From Octopus vulgaris (taxonomy: Eukaryota): a stretch of 64,000 bases of DNA. Below the pieces are notes generated by a model. The model saw only the letters and a program-made list of their open reading frames with translations. It did no database searches and was not told the origin of the DNA. The translations under genes and the position numbers were made by a program. Positions 60,620 through 64,000 of this stretch are shown here, piece by piece; the stretch's first letter is position 1, and each line of letters starts with the position of its first letter. The stretch is from assembly GCA_951406725.2 (NCBI GenBank), contig OX597826.1, forward strand, positions 4,030,001-4,094,000, given 5' to 3'.

Positions 60620-62370
60620 TCGACGGTTTTTTCCAATCTTCTCTCGGACGCATATCCTCATCGCTATAAAACACTGGGAGAGCCTTCGTCCTTGAACTGT
60701 CAGTCTGGTAAAAAAATGTTTCCTTTCTAGATGGAGCATTCTTTCCAGTTGGCTTTGTAGTAAACGGGGCTTATAAGGAAATGGAGCCTGATGAATACCA
60801 CCCTCTAAGAACATACGTTTGTAGATCATACCTGAACGCAATCCCTACACGAAGTCCGTTTAAAAGTTATAATGAGCCCATCATCCACAACGACACCAAT
60901 ATCACCAGTCATAACACACGCACTTCCCTTGCCAGCATATTGAATTATTACCCGATTGGAAGGTGTCTACCTTCTCCGCTCATTCCAAGCCAGTGTCGTA
61001 TATTATGGACCCGAATCACCAAGTATACTAACCAGACTAAAAGAGCGTTCATCCAGCAACACATTGACAAAGACCACTGTAACTCATAGTTCGAAGACTT
61101 ATGTCAGATCACTGCTATTAAAGCAGACAAAAGTTAATGTCATTCTTCCTCTTTCGTTAAATCTTTGAACAGGAAGTCATAGTCTAGCGTGGCAAATGGT
61201 CTTTTCCTTGGATAAAACTGATCGACAGAATATACCTATGACTCTTAAAGTTAGCAATACATATGTTTCTCTTTTGGAACTGTCGTTGGTACTTATGGCA
61301 CTTATTCGGCGGACATTATTAAGTCACGCATATATCAGGGGAATACGTCCCTTTCTGAGAGACTTCCCACAGCTTATTGGCATTTAGATTAGAATCGTTC
61401 GTATTCTTTTCAACTCTTGGCACAAGGCCCAACATTTTGGGGGAGGGGCCAGTCGATTAGATCGAAGCTCAGTACGCAACTGGTACTTAATTTATCGACC
61501 CCGAAGGGCTGAAAGGTAAAGTCGACCTCGGCAGAATTTGAACTCAGAACGTAAAGACAGACGAAATACCGCTAAGCATTTCGCCCGGCCTCAAACCTTT
61601 CATATTTCTTTATTGCCCACAATGAGCTAAACATAGAGAGGACAAACAAGGCCAGACAAAAGTATTAAGTCGACTACATCGAGCCCAGTGCGTAAGTGGT
61701 ACTTAATTTATCGACCCCGAAAGTATAAAAGGCAAAGTCGACCTCGGCAGAATTTGAACTCAGAACGTAAAGACAGAAGAAATACCTATTTCTTTTCTAC
61801 CCACAAAGGGGCTAAACACACAGAGGACAAACAAGGACAGAAAAACGTATTAAGTCGATTATATCGACCCCAGTGCGTAACTGGTACTTATTTAATCGAC
61901 CCCGAAAGGATGAAAGGCAAAGTCGACCTCGGCGGAATTTGAACTCAGAACGTAACGGCAGACGAAATACTGCTAAGCAATTCGCCCGGTATGCTAACAT
62001 TTCTGCCAGCTCACCGCTCTAAAAATCCTTTGTATTAAATAATCAATGCTGGTTTTCAAATGTTCTTCAGTGACCATTTCTTGCCCAGTTTTACAAAATA
62101 ATTGTGGTGGGAAACACAGTAGATCGTAACTGACAAGTTTTGCGTTGGTCGCGAATAAGAGCACTCAACAATCCATGCTATTGGCGATTCTGCGGATGAG
62201 AGGGTTCCCTTCTTATTCACTTTAGAAGACTCCACATTTGTCATTACAATTGATGAGGATATCTTGGGAAGCAGGTGCCATAGTCTTCAGCTTCGGTGCT
62301 TGCCTATGCTGTTGCATGCTCTTATAGATTGTATCGACCTTCACTTTTATATTGTTTCATCTGGGAGATT
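60620..62370 (-). mobile_element. Probable highly degraded L1/Tx1-like ORF2 remnant, interrupted by a SINE array
   Basis: GC-richer block; weak motifs only (LG..GP, RLTVQGR). Confidence 0.35.
61405..62020 (-). mobile_element. SINE family B trimer
   Basis: Three units near 61405, 61603, 61787. Confidence 0.9.
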
Positions 62371-62509
62371 AGGAAGAGAGAAAGAGAATGAGAGACAGAA
62401 ATTATTGAGAAATGGTGAAAAAACAAGTGAAAGAGAACAGGCATGAAAAATTAATAGAGAATACTTAATGATTTGTTATAGGCGCAGGAGTGGTTGTGTG
62501 GTAAGTAGG

Positions 62510-62808
62510 TGGCATACTTCAGTATAGAGAGGGCGGGTTTATTTTTTTCGCGGTGGAAGTCACGTCGGTGTGTGTCAGCGTCGTGAAATAGTGAAGCACG
62601 ACTACTACGTAAGACATCTTTTGGGGGGGGGGGACCTAGTAGCTTAGAATAGGCTCGAATTAGAGATTATTCTTTGTGGCTAATGGCGTGAGTCCTGATT
62701 GGAAGAAGAAGAAGAAGAAGAAGAAGAAGAAGAAGAAGAAGAAGAAGAAGAAGAAGAAGAAGAAGAAGAAGAAGAAGAAGAAGAAGAAGAAGAAGAAGAA
62801 GAAGAAGA
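62510..62808 (+). mobile_element. RTE-like LINE 3' end with (GAA)n tail, following a SINE-A head fragment (62478-62510)
   Basis: gctcgaattagagattat region resembles the RTE A.DR..W end; perfect (GAA)n at 62702-62807. Confidence 0.4.
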
Positions 62809-63243
62809 GTGCAGCATTTTTCCTGATATGAAAGTTTTAGATTAAAAAGAACAAATTTTAAATGAAATATCTTTTTTTATTTGTTGTTCAGCTCCAGGAT
62901 ACCGCTTATCGAGCAGACGTATCATCCGAATCGTTTAACCGTTTGTTCAATGCATCTTTCTCTTTTCTCCTAATTTGATATGAAAAAAAAAAAAAGGACA
63001 GAGGCAAAGGTTAGGAAGTACTCGGTTCGTTTCAAATTTGGTCAAAACTCTCAGACAACTTGAGTGATTGTCTTTACTGTAGCTTCAGATTGACCAATAT
63101 CTTCAATAGAATTTCAAGCTGTGTGTATATATACAGATATATATATATGTGTGTGTGTGTGTGTGTTTGTATGTTTACATATTATATATGTTATGTGTAT
63201 ATATATACATATAAATATTATATATTAAATATATGCACATATA

Positions 63244-63295
<52 letters not shown>

Positions 63296-63571
63296 ATATG
63301 TATATATATATAACATAAGGGACTAAAGCCATCTGAATATGGCTAGGGACAGGGCAGGGTGGTGGGGGTGTTACTGTTGCATTTAGCCCCAGGCGAACAT
63401 CGACGTCACCAGAAAGGCTCGACACCGTCACGGTGCCCTTAACCTGCAAAGGGAGGTAATTATATCCCTTTAGAGAATTATTATTGCTTTCGAACAGATT
63501 TTCGAAATCAGCAAATGTATTTTGCTTGAAAATCTATATAAGAAAATCCTGCAGAGTGAGAATTCGTCGAG

Positions 63572-63645
63572 GAAGCGGAGGCCTACCACACGCCGATGAT
63601 AGGCAATACACCTTGAAACCATGGTCCGTGTGTGGTTTCCGCTTC
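63572..63645 (+). ncRNA. Type I hammerhead ribozyme with variant core CCGAUGA
   Basis: CACACG-CCGATGA-t-AGGcaatacaCCT-t-GAA-ACCATGGT-C-CGTGTG; stem I extends via gaagcggaggcc / ggtttccgcttc; predicted cut after C63626. Confidence 0.8.
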
Positions 63646-63931
63646 ATCGGGGAATTACCTCCCTTTGCAGGTTAAGGGCACCGTGACGGTGTCGAGCCTT
63701 TCTGGTGACGTCGATGTTCGCCTGGGGCTAAATGCAACAGTAACACCCCCACCACCCTGCCCTGTCCCTAGCCATATTCAGATGGCTTTAGTCCCTTATG
63801 TTATCGAGCAGTTACTGTCTATATCCCTTTTAGAGAATTATTATTGTTTTCGAACAGATTTTCGAAATCAGCAAATGTATTTTGCTTGAAAATCTATATA
63901 AGAAAATCCTGCAGAGTGAGAATTCGTCGAG

Positions 63932-64000
63932 GAAGCGGAGGCCTACCACACGCCGATGATAGGCAATACACCTTGAAACCATGGTCCGTGTGTGGTTTCC
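63932..64000 (+). ncRNA. Second identical hammerhead copy
   Basis: Same sequence 360 nt downstream; predicted cut after C63986. Confidence 0.8.

Larger units (their letters stand above)
63310..64000 (+). mobile_element. Young 360-bp tandem retrozyme-like element with inverted 5' segment; runs off window end
   Basis: 63462-63640 nearly identical to 63821-64000; 63310-63461 is an exact reverse complement of 63653-63804; starts at a (TA)n tract. Confidence 0.9.

Overview
AT-rich, microsatellite-saturated animal DNA with no supportable host protein-coding gene. Repeat content (OR/OK-like tRNA-SINEs, huge (TA)n/(AGAT)n/(ATT)n tracts) suggests an octopus/cephalopod intergenic or intronic region; this is inference. 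Almost all listed ORFs are microsatellite artefacts. Real coding traces are transposon fossils: two mariners, two Tc1, a DD37D-like piece, a Chapaev3-like piece, and CR1-, Tx1-, R4/Dong- and RTE-like LINE pieces. The most striking signal is a set of small non-coding elements carrying type I hammerhead ribozyme motifs with short palindromic stem III, in the tandem-plus-inverted layout of Penelope-like elements/retrozymes: (i) a very young 360-bp tandem repeat at 63.3-64.0 kb with a variant CCGAUGA core; (ii) a related older ~350-bp family at 53.7-54.4 kb; (iii) a tRNA-headed SINE-like element whose tail is a hammerhead (8.7-9.35 kb, 20.8 kb). Also present: a tRNA-Ser-shaped gene with an Ala (UGC) anticodon, a Merlin-type MITE carrying telomeric repeats, concatemeric SINE arrays with a fixed junction, and several fold-back palindromes. 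All structures were read by eye; boundaries of old repeats are approximate.
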